Part shown: one piece after another, positions 9,134 through 18,668 of the stretch
Layout of the letters: every line of letters begins with the position of its first letter
How positions within the stretch are numbered: position 1 is the first letter of the stretch
NCBI GenBank assembly: GCA_048887225.1
Contig: JBHLJY010000012.1
Span: 10,710-74,709, forward strand
DNA from: Candidatus Hodarchaeota archaeon
GTDB lineage: Archaea; Asgardarchaeota; Lokiarchaeia; Sigyniarchaeales; SOKP01
Direction of reading: 5' to 3'
Length of the DNA: 64,000 nucleotides
Notes under the pieces: model-generated
The model's database searches: none
What the model was told of the DNA's origin: nothing
The model's input: the letters and a program-made list of their open reading frames with translations, nothing else
Program-made: the position numbers and the translations under genes

Positions 9134-11209
9134 TTACACTTCCGCAGAATCTTTTACTAATCCAATACTACGATCTGAATCATACTTCTTCTCATCTATA
9201 ATGAGAATTTCTTCTACTTCTAATTTCTGAATGTTGATCATAGCTCCGAGTTGATTATTTGTAAAATGGTTTTGAATTAATGCTCCAGAGGGACACGCAG
9301 CAACACAAGTTCCGCATCCTTTACAGAGTGCAGGGTTTAGAACGGCAATCTTTTTGAATATATCAAAATCAATCGCACCAAAGGGACATAGAGATTGACA
9401 ACTCTTACATCCTGAACAAATATGATCAAGGACATTTGTGTAGAATGGTTCTATTTCGAATTCCCTATTTGCCATTAATACAGATGCGCTAGAAGCTGCG
9501 CCTTTCGCTTGAGCAACTGTATCAGGAATATCCTTTGGACCTTGAGCAACTCCAGCAACAAATATTCCATTCGTTAAGGTATCTACCGGTTTTAATTTTG
9601 GATGAGCTTCCATGAAAAATCCGTTCGAAGATCTCTGAATATTAAACATTTGAGAAACCTTATTGGCATCCGCTCTTGCTTCTAAAGCGGTAGATAAAAT
9701 TAACAATTCTACCTTTACTTCAATTAAATGTTGGTATAATGTATCTTCAGCTCTAATAATTATATTATGATCTTCATCTTCGCTAACTTCAGCAATTTTT
9801 CCTCTAATGTAATTAATACCATACTCTCTTGCAGCAGATTCGTAGAATTCTTCGTAGTCTTTACCGAACGCTCGGAGGTCGATATAAAAAATATATATTT
9901 CAGCCTCTGGATGTTTCTCTTTATATTGTCTAGCTTGCTTTGTCGCATACATACAACAAACTCTAGAACAATATTTATGACCTCCTTCTCTGAAATTTCT
10001 ACTGCCCACGCATTGGAGGAATGCAATACTATGGGGAGCTTTGAGATCAGAAGGTCTGACTGGTTTTCCTAATGTTGGACCATACGAACTTAATAAACGT
10101 TCCATTTGAAGTCCCGTGATTACGTTAGGACACGTGCCATATTTAAATTGTTCGAGTTCTGATGGATCAAATGAATCCCATCCAGTCGCAATAATAATTG
10201 TTCCAACTTGAATATCTAAATATTCAGGTTTTTCATTAAAATTAATGGCTTGAGCTTCGCAAACATTAAGCTTCGCGCAAATCCCACATTGAATGCATTT
10301 TTCCATATCAATTGTGTACTTTCCCGGTACCGCTTGTGGAAATGGTATATAAATGGCTTTCCTTGTACCCATGCCTAATTCAAATTCATTTCCACAGATT
10401 ATGGGACAAGTATCAACACAAGCACCACAAGCATTACATTTTTCTTGATCAACGTAATGCGGTTTTTTCTTTATGGTAATATTAAAATTTCCCACATATC
10501 CTGCCACATCCACAACCTCAGAATAGGCCATTACTTCAATATTTTCATTTCTTGCTACATCAACCATTCTAGGGGTTAATATACAAGCAGAACAATCCAT
10601 TGTAGGGAATGTTTTATCTAATTGGGTCATATGACCTCCTATTGTAGGACTTCTCTCAACTAAATAAACTTTATAACCTTCATCAGCAAGATCTAAAGCA
10701 GCATTCATACCTGCAATTCCGCCACCTACAACTAAACACGCAGGGTTTACTTTTACCTTTGTTACCTCTAAAGGTTCCAATTCTCTTGCCTTCGCAACTG
10801 CCATATTGATATGATCTTTTGCTATCTCATAGGCGCCTTTAGGATCTTTCATATTAACCCAAGAAGCATGTTCTCTGATATTTGCCATTTCAAATAAAAA
10901 CTGGTTTAAACCGGCTTCTTCACATGTTCGTCTGAAAGTAGGTTCATGCATCCTTGGTGAACAAGCAGCAACAACAACTCGATTAATAAAACCAGCCTCA
11001 ATATCTTTTTTAATTAGTTCTTGTCCAATATCACTACACATGAATTTATATTCTTGTGCTAAAATAACGTCAGGAAGGCTTAATGCATAATCTTTTAGTT
11101 TGAATAGATCTATCACTCCAGCAATATTAATACCACAATGACAAATATAAACACCGATTTTAGGTTTTTCCTTATTGCTAATTTCTATTTTTTCCTTAAT
11201 TTCTGTCAA
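9134..11209 (-). CDS. hdrA: Heterodisulfide reductase subunit A (second Cys-form copy)
   Basis: Full HdrA motif set, as in 3009-4997. Confidence 0.97.
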   Translation of the reverse strand: MTEIKEKIEISNKEKPKIGVYICHCGINIAGVIDLFKLKDYALSLPDVILAQEYKFMCSDIGQELIKKDIEAGFINRVVVAACSPRMHEPTFRRTCEEAGLNQFLFEMANIREHASWVNMKDPKGAYEIAKDHINMAVAKARELEPLEVTKVKVNPACLVVGGGIAGMNAALDLADEGYKVYLVERSPTIGGHMTQLDKTFPTMDCSACILTPRMVDVARNENIEVMAYSEVVDVAGYVGNFNITIKKKPHYVDQEKCNACGACVDTCPIICGNEFELGMGTRKAIYIPFPQAVPGKYTIDMEKCIQCGICAKLNVCEAQAINFNEKPEYLDIQVGTIIIATGWDSFDPSELEQFKYGTCPNVITGLQMERLLSSYGPTLGKPVRPSDLKAPHSIAFLQCVGSRNFREGGHKYCSRVCCMYATKQARQYKEKHPEAEIYIFYIDLRAFGKDYEEFYESAAREYGINYIRGKIAEVSEDEDHNIIIRAEDTLYQHLIEVKVELLILSTALEARADANKVSQMFNIQRSSNGFFMEAHPKLKPVDTLTNGIFVAGVAQGPKDIPDTVAQAKGAASSASVLMANREFEIEPFYTNVLDHICSGCKSCQSLCPFGAIDFDIFKKIAVLNPALCKGCGTCVAACPSGALIQNHFTNNQLGAMINIQKLEVEEILIIDEKKYDSDRSIGLVKDSAEV

Positions 11210-11221
11210 ATCTTATCACTC

Positions 11222-12172
11222 CTAAATTAATTGCTCTTTTACGATATTTACGAATGGTTCGATGGACATAAAAGGAGACACGTTCTTTAAATCATGTGTT
11301 TTTTCTAATCCTAATCTAATTGGATTTAGTCCCATTGAAACTCCAAATAATTGAGTAATATATATAACAGGGATTTTAAATGGTTCTCCAATCTCATCTT
11401 TAAATAAGTTATTTACTTCAACTTGCCCCAAATCAAATTGTAAATGACAGAACGGGCAGCAATCTACGATAATATCTGCGCCTGCATCTCTCATATTCGT
11501 TAACTTTTCGCGCGTAAAATCTGCTGCAATCTCTTTAATCGCACTTCTTACTGCGCCACCCGCACCGCAACACATAAATTTATCCTTGTAGAATATGCTT
11601 TTCGCACCAGTTAATTCAACAAGTTCATCAAGGAATTTTGGGATATTAGCTTTACAGTTCCAAGGTCTTTTATCGGAAGGTTTAACAATATGGCACCCAT
11701 AATGAACTGCAACCTTTAAATCTTTAAATTTATATTTAATATGATCCTCAACATAGTCCTTACCCATATCTAAGTATAATGCCTGAACAATATGTTTAGG
11801 CTCTTGACTACCCTTAAACTCACGACCAACTTTAGCAAGAAGCTCATTTACTTGTTTCTTTTTTTTAAGATCGTGTTGAAATTCATACCATGCATCTCTT
11901 AAACTACCATAACAGCCATTACATCCTGTAATAGGATCAACCCCCAATTCTTCTGCAATTGATAAATTTCTCGCTGCCATTAATTCCCATGTAGGAATAT
12001 GAAATGCTCGAAACACTCCAGGTGCGGGACAACACGACGCCCCCTTTATTTCTAATAATTCCGCTCCAAGCTCACAGAATACATCTCTTATACTTGTTGA
12101 AATCATAGGGTATCTGTTGGGTATTATACATCCTAAAAAAAATCCATACCTAAATTTTCTTTCTAATATCAT
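11222..12172 (-). CDS. hdrB: Heterodisulfide reductase subunit B
   Basis: FFLGCIIPNRYP, SCCPAPG, HYGCH, CCGAGG and CCPFC motifs. Confidence 0.96.
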   Translation of the reverse strand: MILERKFRYGFFLGCIIPNRYPMISTSIRDVFCELGAELLEIKGASCCPAPGVFRAFHIPTWELMAARNLSIAEELGVDPITGCNGCYGSLRDAWYEFQHDLKKKKQVNELLAKVGREFKGSQEPKHIVQALYLDMGKDYVEDHIKYKFKDLKVAVHYGCHIVKPSDKRPWNCKANIPKFLDELVELTGAKSIFYKDKFMCCGAGGAVRSAIKEIAADFTREKLTNMRDAGADIIVDCCPFCHLQFDLGQVEVNNLFKDEIGEPFKIPVIYITQLFGVSMGLNPIRLGLEKTHDLKNVSPFMSIEPFVNIVKEQLI

Positions 12173-12213
12173 TATTTCAACCCAAATATTAATATAGAAA
12201 TATAAAATAAAAT

Positions 12214-12795
12214 TTAAGCAACCATTATTTCCACTTCTTTTAATCTCTTGATTTTGTCTAATAACTCTTTAAAACCACTTAATTTCATGAGAGTTTGACA
12301 TTCCTCAAGTTCTTTCGGAAATGAATGAATTGTAGGTGGTAAAGCAGGTAACCCTAATGATTCTCGTAAATCTCTCCAATTTTTATGAGCTGGAGCATTT
12401 ACCGGTACTCCATGACCTGTTTCATAGAATAATGCGGATAAATTAAAATGTGATTCTAAAAGGTCACCTTCCTCCACAGCAATATTTCTTAACTTTATTA
12501 TTATGTCCGTAATTGGAATATTTCTTGGACAGCGTTCATAGCACGTATAACAAGTTGAACAAAACCAGATTTTAATATCTTTTAGAACGCTCTCATCACC
12601 TAATAAGGCTCTTCTAACTACAGAACGCGTACTCATAGCAGTTCTTCTACCTGATGGACACCCCCCCGAACATGTCCCGCAGTTTATGCATGAGCGTATT
12701 TGCTCTAAACCAGCATCTACAAATTTCTGCGTAATTTTTGAATTAATTGTGTTGTATATCTTACGTATAATGTACTTCTCTACATTATCGCTCAT
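12214..12795 (-). CDS. hdrC: Heterodisulfide reductase subunit C
   Basis: CINCGTCSGGCPSG and WFCSTCYTCYERCPR motifs. Confidence 0.95.
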   Translation of the reverse strand: MSDNVEKYIIRKIYNTINSKITQKFVDAGLEQIRSCINCGTCSGGCPSGRRTAMSTRSVVRRALLGDESVLKDIKIWFCSTCYTCYERCPRNIPITDIIIKLRNIAVEEGDLLESHFNLSALFYETGHGVPVNAPAHKNWRDLRESLGLPALPPTIHSFPKELEECQTLMKLSGFKELLDKIKRLKEVEIMVA

Positions 12796-12845
12796 TTATA
12801 CCTAAATCGCTCCTGTTATTAGTTCAATAACGATTAGTTTTATCA

Positions 12846-13013
12846 TTATGGTAAAATCCAATCGTTTGCATTAATTAAATCAAGCTCATTTTTCTTTTTT
12901 TCCTCTACTTCTTCTTTTTCATCTTCATCTTTAAAGATCAAATGGATTTTTGAACCACATAGAGGACAAACTTCATATTCTTCATTTTTTATAATTTTTT
13001 TTGAAATTAACAA
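12846..13013 (-). CDS. 55-aa microprotein with one CPLCG knuckle and an acidic tail (not in ORF track)
   Basis: TTG start after AGGAGTGA SD. MLISKKIIKNEEYEVCPLCGSKIHLIFKDEDEKEEVEEKKKNELDLINANDWILP. Confidence 0.6.
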   Translation of the reverse strand: MLISKKIIKNEEYEVCPLCGSKIHLIFKDEDEKEEVEEKKKNELDLINANDWILP

Positions 13014-13085
13014 TTATTTCACTCCTTTTTTTTCTTTAATTTTGTTTTATTTTTTTGTAAAAAACTAATTTTGATTTTTTTTTTC

Positions 13086-13520
13086 GATCATTTTCTTCAT
13101 ATTTCTCTATAATTATAATATTAATTATGATTAATAAATGTTTTGATTACGGCATCGGACTACTAAATACATAAATGATGAGTCTGAGATTGATCAGAAA
13201 ATGAATTCTAATTAAATTGATTATCACTCTTGATCATTTTTGTTTATAAAAGAAATAAAAAAGTAAATGTGATCTTTAAAAGCAATGACTCAAAACCAAA
13301 ATTGTGATCTACGTTAAAAATTTGAGTAATTTTTAACTTAATTTAAATAAAAGTTAAATAATTATTATTTTGAGACATTGTTTTTTTTGATCACATAAAT
13401 ATGATTAATATTTGTCATTAGGGATATGATCGAAAAAGTACATAATAATATGAATAAAGCATGATTATTACTGATCCCGATATCTAACCTCACAAAAGCG
13501 ATCACTCAATATCGAAGATC
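13086..13520. promoter_or_regulatory. GATC-motif cluster in the divergent promoter of the hdrCBA operon
   Basis: Ten GATC (13086, 13192, 13232, 13271, 13306, 13389, 13428, 13473, 13500, 13517), mostly as TGATC. Confidence 0.6.
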
Positions 13521-13625
13521 GCAACACTTTTATATCAGAAATCATATACAATTATTGGAATTGAACTTAAAAATTTATCATTTCCAAAATATAAAAAAAA
13601 TAAATATTAAGAAAGGTGGATTAAA

Positions 13626-14228
13626 ATAGAAGATCTGGTATTTGATAAGTTTATTGGTAATCATGTTTCAATATATTTAATGAGAAATCATGAAGTTGAT
13701 GTTCAGCGTAAAGATGTTAGGATCTTTATGGACTATATCAATCATATCCCGATCGACTTTGTGTTAATAGATTCTGGTAGCGATCCAGTTGAAAATTTTA
13801 ATCATAGCTCTTATGCAAAAGTATTAGAAGCCTTAGAGATTCCATATTTTATAATAAATTTGCCCGATCATATAAAAGATCACTATTCAAAAGCGCTTGG
13901 TGAAATTAATTACAAACTTGAAGAATTGACATCATGCTATTCTGGGTTAAAAGATAAAAGCACTCCTGAAGCCCAAGAATTAAAATTTCTAATAGATAGA
14001 TATACGAAAGACATCCAGGAAACAGAGAAATATCTCAATTTTAAATATAGACCTCAGGCCATAATTAAAAAAATTCTAAGTATTGTAAGGAATCGAGGAG
14101 AAGAAATCACTTTTGCCCATATCGGTGATCAGAAGACTTTTCCAAGCATAATGAAACTTTTAAAAGACAATGATATAAAATCTAATGTACTATTTGTACA
14201 TAAAGCACCGACAACAGGATTGATTTAA
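13626..14228 (+). CDS. Uncharacterised TraB/ChaN/TIKI-fold-like coiled-coil protein (paralog of 17683-18324); probable non-canonical ATA start
   Basis: Shares LEALEIPYF..LP, ..R...I..KI and terminal F.H motifs with its paralogs. AGGTGGA SD precedes the in-frame ATA at 13626; the first ATG is at 13680. Confidence 0.7.
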   Translation: MEDLVFDKFIGNHVSIYLMRNHEVDVQRKDVRIFMDYINHIPIDFVLIDSGSDPVENFNHSSYAKVLEALEIPYFIINLPDHIKDHYSKALGEINYKLEELTSCYSGLKDKSTPEAQELKFLIDRYTKDIQETEKYLNFKYRPQAIIKKILSIVRNRGEEITFAHIGDQKTFPSIMKLLKDNDIKSNVLFVHKAPTTGLI

Positions 14229-14324
14229 AATAATTGAGGATACATTAAATTTAATAATAATTTTTGAGATTTTAGGAAGCAAATCAATTATTAGGGATAT
14301 TATAAGAATTTCCATAATTTTGGA

Positions 14325-15881
14325 GTGAATAGTATGCAAGAAAAATTAAACAATTTTCAATATGATTTGGCTGTTATAGGTGCTGGACCAGGGGGTTATC
14401 CCGCTGCAATAAGAGCGGCTCAATACGGAGCAAAAGTTGCATTAATTGAAAAAGACAAATTGGGGGGTACATGTTTAAATAGAGGTTGTATTCCTACAAA
14501 AGCACTTCTTGCGTCTGCAAATCTTATAGAAAAAATTAAGCACTCCGAGGAATTTGGAGTAGAAATAAAAAATTTTAAAGCAGATTTCATTAAAGTTGTT
14601 GAGCGAAAAAATAAAATTGTCCAAGAGCTATGTGATGGTATAGGAGGTTTACAGAAAGCTTGGAAAAATGATGTTTTTATGGGCCATGGAAAAATAATTG
14701 GAGGCGATGCAGACTCTGGATTTAAAATCTTAATTATAGGAGAAGATGAGAAAATTATTGAAGCAAAAAGGATAATTATAGCTACGGGCTCATCTCCTGC
14801 TTTAATACAAAATTTCAATGTCGATCATAAGAGAATTATAACGAGTGATGATATCTTAGATCCTAATTTTAAAACTATACCAGAGCGTTTATTAATTATT
14901 GGTGCTGGAGTAATTGGTTGTGAGTTTGCGGAAATATTTGCCAATTTTGGGAGTAAGGTAACTATGTTAGAGATGCTTCCCACTCCTCTTGCGACAGAGG
15001 AACCGATAATTATCAAGCAACTAGAAAAAAAATTCAAAACCCTGGGAATTAAGATATTTACTTCTGAGAGAGTATTATCTATTGAAAGAATAGATTCCGG
15101 AGTTAGAGCAATTACTTGTGACGTATCTACTCCTGAAGATCAAATTGAGGATGTGGAAAAAACTTTCTTTGAGGCTGATCTATGTCTGATTTCTATAGGG
15201 AGAAAGAAGGAAACTGATAATTTAGTAGAAAAAGAAATTGGAGTGAATTTTAAAAGAGGAGCTATTGAAGTGGACCGTTCTACATTAGAAACATCTGTGA
15301 AAGGAATATATGCAATCGGAGATGTGACTGGAGGTATGATGCTTGCTCATGTTGCAACTTATGAAGGATTTATCGCAGTAAAAAATGCATTATCTAGTTT
15401 AGATAACTTCCAGATTAGTCCTCAAAACGCAAGTTATAGAGTTGTTCCTGCTACAATATTTACTCATCCTAATATTGCCTCGGTGGGGCTTAAAAGAAAA
15501 CAAGCAAAAAATTTAGGAATAGAAACATTAGTAGGGCAGTTTCCATATCAATCTCTTGGAAAAGCAAAATGTATGGGGGAGGAAGGGCTTTTAATTATTT
15601 TAGCTGATAAAAACACCCTTCAAATTATTGGTGCTTCATGTATCGGTGAGGGGGCTCCAGAATTAATTTCGGAAATTACCCTCGCGATGCAAAATGGTTT
15701 AACTATTGAAGATATTTCATCTACGATACATAGCCATCCAACATTATCAGAAATGGTATTAGAAGCTGCTGAAGCAGTTGTAGGAAAATCTATTCATAAA
15801 AAAGGTCGTCCAATATTACCTAGTATCCGAGAATTGTTGATAGGACCATTAATTTATGAAATAGAGAACTTATCATCTTAA
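14325..15881 (+). CDS. lpdA: Dihydrolipoamide dehydrogenase
   Basis: GAGPGGY, GGTCLNRGCIPTK, GAGVIGCE and HSHPTLSE motifs. Confidence 0.93.
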   Translation: MNSMQEKLNNFQYDLAVIGAGPGGYPAAIRAAQYGAKVALIEKDKLGGTCLNRGCIPTKALLASANLIEKIKHSEEFGVEIKNFKADFIKVVERKNKIVQELCDGIGGLQKAWKNDVFMGHGKIIGGDADSGFKILIIGEDEKIIEAKRIIIATGSSPALIQNFNVDHKRIITSDDILDPNFKTIPERLLIIGAGVIGCEFAEIFANFGSKVTMLEMLPTPLATEEPIIIKQLEKKFKTLGIKIFTSERVLSIERIDSGVRAITCDVSTPEDQIEDVEKTFFEADLCLISIGRKKETDNLVEKEIGVNFKRGAIEVDRSTLETSVKGIYAIGDVTGGMMLAHVATYEGFIAVKNALSSLDNFQISPQNASYRVVPATIFTHPNIASVGLKRKQAKNLGIETLVGQFPYQSLGKAKCMGEEGLLIILADKNTLQIIGASCIGEGAPELISEITLAMQNGLTIEDISSTIHSHPTLSEMVLEAAEAVVGKSIHKKGRPILPSIRELLIGPLIYEIENLSS

Positions 15882-15997
15882 CTTATAACCTTTAATTTAA
15901 TTTTTTTCCTTTTTTTTTTAAAAAAAAAGAGAAGAGGAATTTTAGTTAATAATTAAAATGTCGCACGCTTCATCTTTCCATTACTGTTTTAATGGCT

Positions 15998-17695
15998 TTA
16001 TTCTGAGATAAATTGTAAAATTTCTACTTTTTTTCCGAATAATATCTTCTTCGCAATATCAAAAGCATAATTATAGTCAAATATTTTTTTGCCTTTTGTA
16101 TTTGCAGCCTCTTTTAGAATTGACGCCTCAATATTAGATTTGAGATGTCCTAAAACTAATGCTCCTAAGCCATAAATTTCAGGATAAATTTCTTTATTAT
16201 TATCTTTAGGTTTTAGTCCTTTAATTCCATAAGGTGGAACCAAATTGATATCGACGATTAATTTTTTTCCTTCAAGATTAGCCATGATCTTTTCAGATAA
16301 AACTTCAACGCCAGCCCCTGCTAAAGACCAAATTATATCAGCATCTTTGACAATATTATATCTTTGCTCCTCTTTTGGAGCATAAATACCTTCTATAATT
16401 GTGGCATTTTTGCCAGCTTCTTGAGTTAATTCTTTTGTAAGTGTTTTAACATACTCCTCAGTTGATTTATCCCACGTCTCAATTATCAAAGTCTTACATT
16501 TGAGTCTTGCTGCTAAGATCGCAGCAATTTTCGCTACTGGTCCTGCTCCCATTATTAATACTTTTTTACCCTCTAAACTATCTATTCCATGTTCTTGTGC
16601 AATTTCCATGGTTTTTGCTACTATTGCAGAGGCAGTAGTATGAGACCCTCTAGGGTCTACTATAACAGGGCACTCAAATGGAGGAACCAATGACTTCATT
16701 ACTTTTTTCGCTATTTTCTCGGCTTCTTTAACTTTGGCACCCCCGATAAAGAACGTTGTAGGAGCTTTAGGTTTACGAGAAAAAATAGCATCTTGAACTA
16801 ATTTTGGAACTTGATCAGCTGTCATTTTGCTAATAGGTATAACTATATCAAATCCAGCATCATACGCCATGTTAATGTCAAATGGAGACGCATTATCATC
16901 TGTATCAAAAAAATAACAAATTTTGTCTAAATCATCTTTTTTCTTCACTTTGATAGGGGTAATTTCAAGCATGGATTTATTTAAAAAATCTTCTAGTGAA
17001 CTATTTCCTGAATTATTAGTGATTAATGCCGCTTTTTTAATTTTAATAATTTCAGTTTCAATACCCAACTCTTCAGCTAATTGATTAATACCTTCAAAAT
17101 GTCTTGAATCACATAAAAATAGAGCTTTTAATTTCTTATCTTCTTGCTCACTCCCAAAAGCTAATATTTTCATCATCATCCACGCTTCTCGAACTTTATA
17201 TCTTACCTCATCTTCTCGTTCGTTATATTCTTGTTGTAAATATTCTTTCCATACAACTAAATTTTCGAGATTATAGTCATTTACAGGATTTGATAATTCA
17301 TTCTTAATCATGTTTTTTATTTTAGTGGATATTTGCTTTAAAAGAGTTCTATGGCTATCTAAAGCAGCTGATAAATATCCCTCAGCATTTTCAGAAATGT
17401 CAACCTTTAGATAGGGTATATTCCTTTCTCTGAATAATGCTACTAATGGATCATCATCCGGGATAGTATCATCCCAGCGGCTTCCTTTTTCCTCAACTAC
17501 AAAATTTGGTTCATATTTTTCTATAAGATCTTCGATGACTCTGAGATATTCCGTTGAAATTATCTGGAGATTCCATAATATATCGTGGTTCTCTTGGGCT
17601 GGAGCATCAAACCACCAATCTATGGGAAATTCACTCTCAACTAATATCAATGTTAAGGTTTTTTTCTTTAATGGTTTTAATTCTAAAACTTCCAT
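15998..17695 (-). CDS. Fusion: N-terminal TraB/ChaN-like domain + NAD(P)-dependent methylene-H4MPT dehydrogenase (MtdA/MtdB family)
   Basis: C-terminal half has SPFDINMAYDAG, VQDAIFSR, DPRGSHTTASA, GAGPVA and DINLVPPYGI. Confidence 0.85.
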   Translation of the reverse strand: MEVLELKPLKKKTLTLILVESEFPIDWWFDAPAQENHDILWNLQIISTEYLRVIEDLIEKYEPNFVVEEKGSRWDDTIPDDDPLVALFRERNIPYLKVDISENAEGYLSAALDSHRTLLKQISTKIKNMIKNELSNPVNDYNLENLVVWKEYLQQEYNEREDEVRYKVREAWMMMKILAFGSEQEDKKLKALFLCDSRHFEGINQLAEELGIETEIIKIKKAALITNNSGNSSLEDFLNKSMLEITPIKVKKKDDLDKICYFFDTDDNASPFDINMAYDAGFDIVIPISKMTADQVPKLVQDAIFSRKPKAPTTFFIGGAKVKEAEKIAKKVMKSLVPPFECPVIVDPRGSHTTASAIVAKTMEIAQEHGIDSLEGKKVLIMGAGPVAKIAAILAARLKCKTLIIETWDKSTEEYVKTLTKELTQEAGKNATIIEGIYAPKEEQRYNIVKDADIIWSLAGAGVEVLSEKIMANLEGKKLIVDINLVPPYGIKGLKPKDNNKEIYPEIYGLGALVLGHLKSNIEASILKEAANTKGKKIFDYNYAFDIAKKILFGKKVEILQFISE

Positions 17696-18324
17696 AAATT
17701 TATTTCCTCCTGGCTTGTGATTATATTAAATTCTGTACCTTTTTCCATATCATTAAGAGCGATAACTTGCATATCTAAGTCTTTAAAAATTCTCGCTATT
17801 TTCATAAATATATCTTTTTTTGTAAAATGGACAAATAAAACTTTTTCAGACTTAACATTTCTTATAAGGTCTACGATTTTTTTAGCAATCCACTTAGGTC
17901 TTACATATAACGAGAAAGTGCTCTTTTTTTCTTTTATCTCTTCTTCGATCAGATAGATCCAAGATTTTAAATTTTGTCCTTTAATAGATTCTGTGTCTTT
18001 CATTCTTAATAATTCTTCTATTAATTCAGATAACTGTTCTTCTATTTCTATGATTTCATATTCCAAATAACCCTTTGCATATTCAGGTATATCTAATAGA
18101 TAATAGGGTATTTCTAATTTTTCTAGTGATTTTCCTAATCTTGTGTTTAAAAATTCTCTAAAATTTTCACTTTCAACATCAATAGTTATGAATTTTAACT
18201 CATTCGTGTTTAAATAATCAGTGAGACAATTTATTTTGTTTATTTCTATATCTACTTTAGGAACTGTAATTAAATAGACCGTGACATTTTTATTGTTTAT
18301 AGGTTTAATTTCTAATACTTCCAT
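17683..18324 (-). CDS. Uncharacterised protein paralogous to the N-terminal domain of the downstream Mtd fusion
   Basis: MEVLEIKPI vs MEVLELKPL; IPYYLLDIPEYAKGYL vs IPYLKVDISENAEGYL; VRPKW vs VREAW. Confidence 0.8.
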   Translation of the reverse strand: MEVLEIKPINNKNVTVYLITVPKVDIEINKINCLTDYLNTNELKFITIDVESENFREFLNTRLGKSLEKLEIPYYLLDIPEYAKGYLEYEIIEIEEQLSELIEELLRMKDTESIKGQNLKSWIYLIEEEIKEKKSTFSLYVRPKWIAKKIVDLIRNVKSEKVLFVHFTKKDIFMKIARIFKDLDMQVIALNDMEKGTEFNIITSQEEINLWKF

Positions 18325-18668
18325 ATTAATTTATACCACCTCTCAGATATTTTTATAAATCTATTTAATTCTATGTGAATAGTCAAAAGACTTGAATATA
18401 AAAAATTTGATAAGAAAAATTTTTGTCTTTTTGACAATCCTTCTTGTCATTCATCAATTTTTAGCAAAATAAGTTATCAGTAGGATTACTAATTCTTAAT
18501 TGAATTATAAATCAGGTTAAGAATGGTTATATTTATGCTATGAAAATTTTTTTTGTCAAAATTTTTGAAAGAAAATTAAAATATTTCTACAAAGAAAAGA
18601 ATTTTATTTATTAAAACTTAAATTTTTTTCGATATAGTAATGAATACAATACATTTCGTATTATAAAT

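Noticed and set aside
13086-13520. GATC-rich region as a CRISPR array or replication origin
   Set aside because: No 25-40 nt direct repeats, no cas genes, no ORB-like boxes and no adjacent cdc6/orc1.
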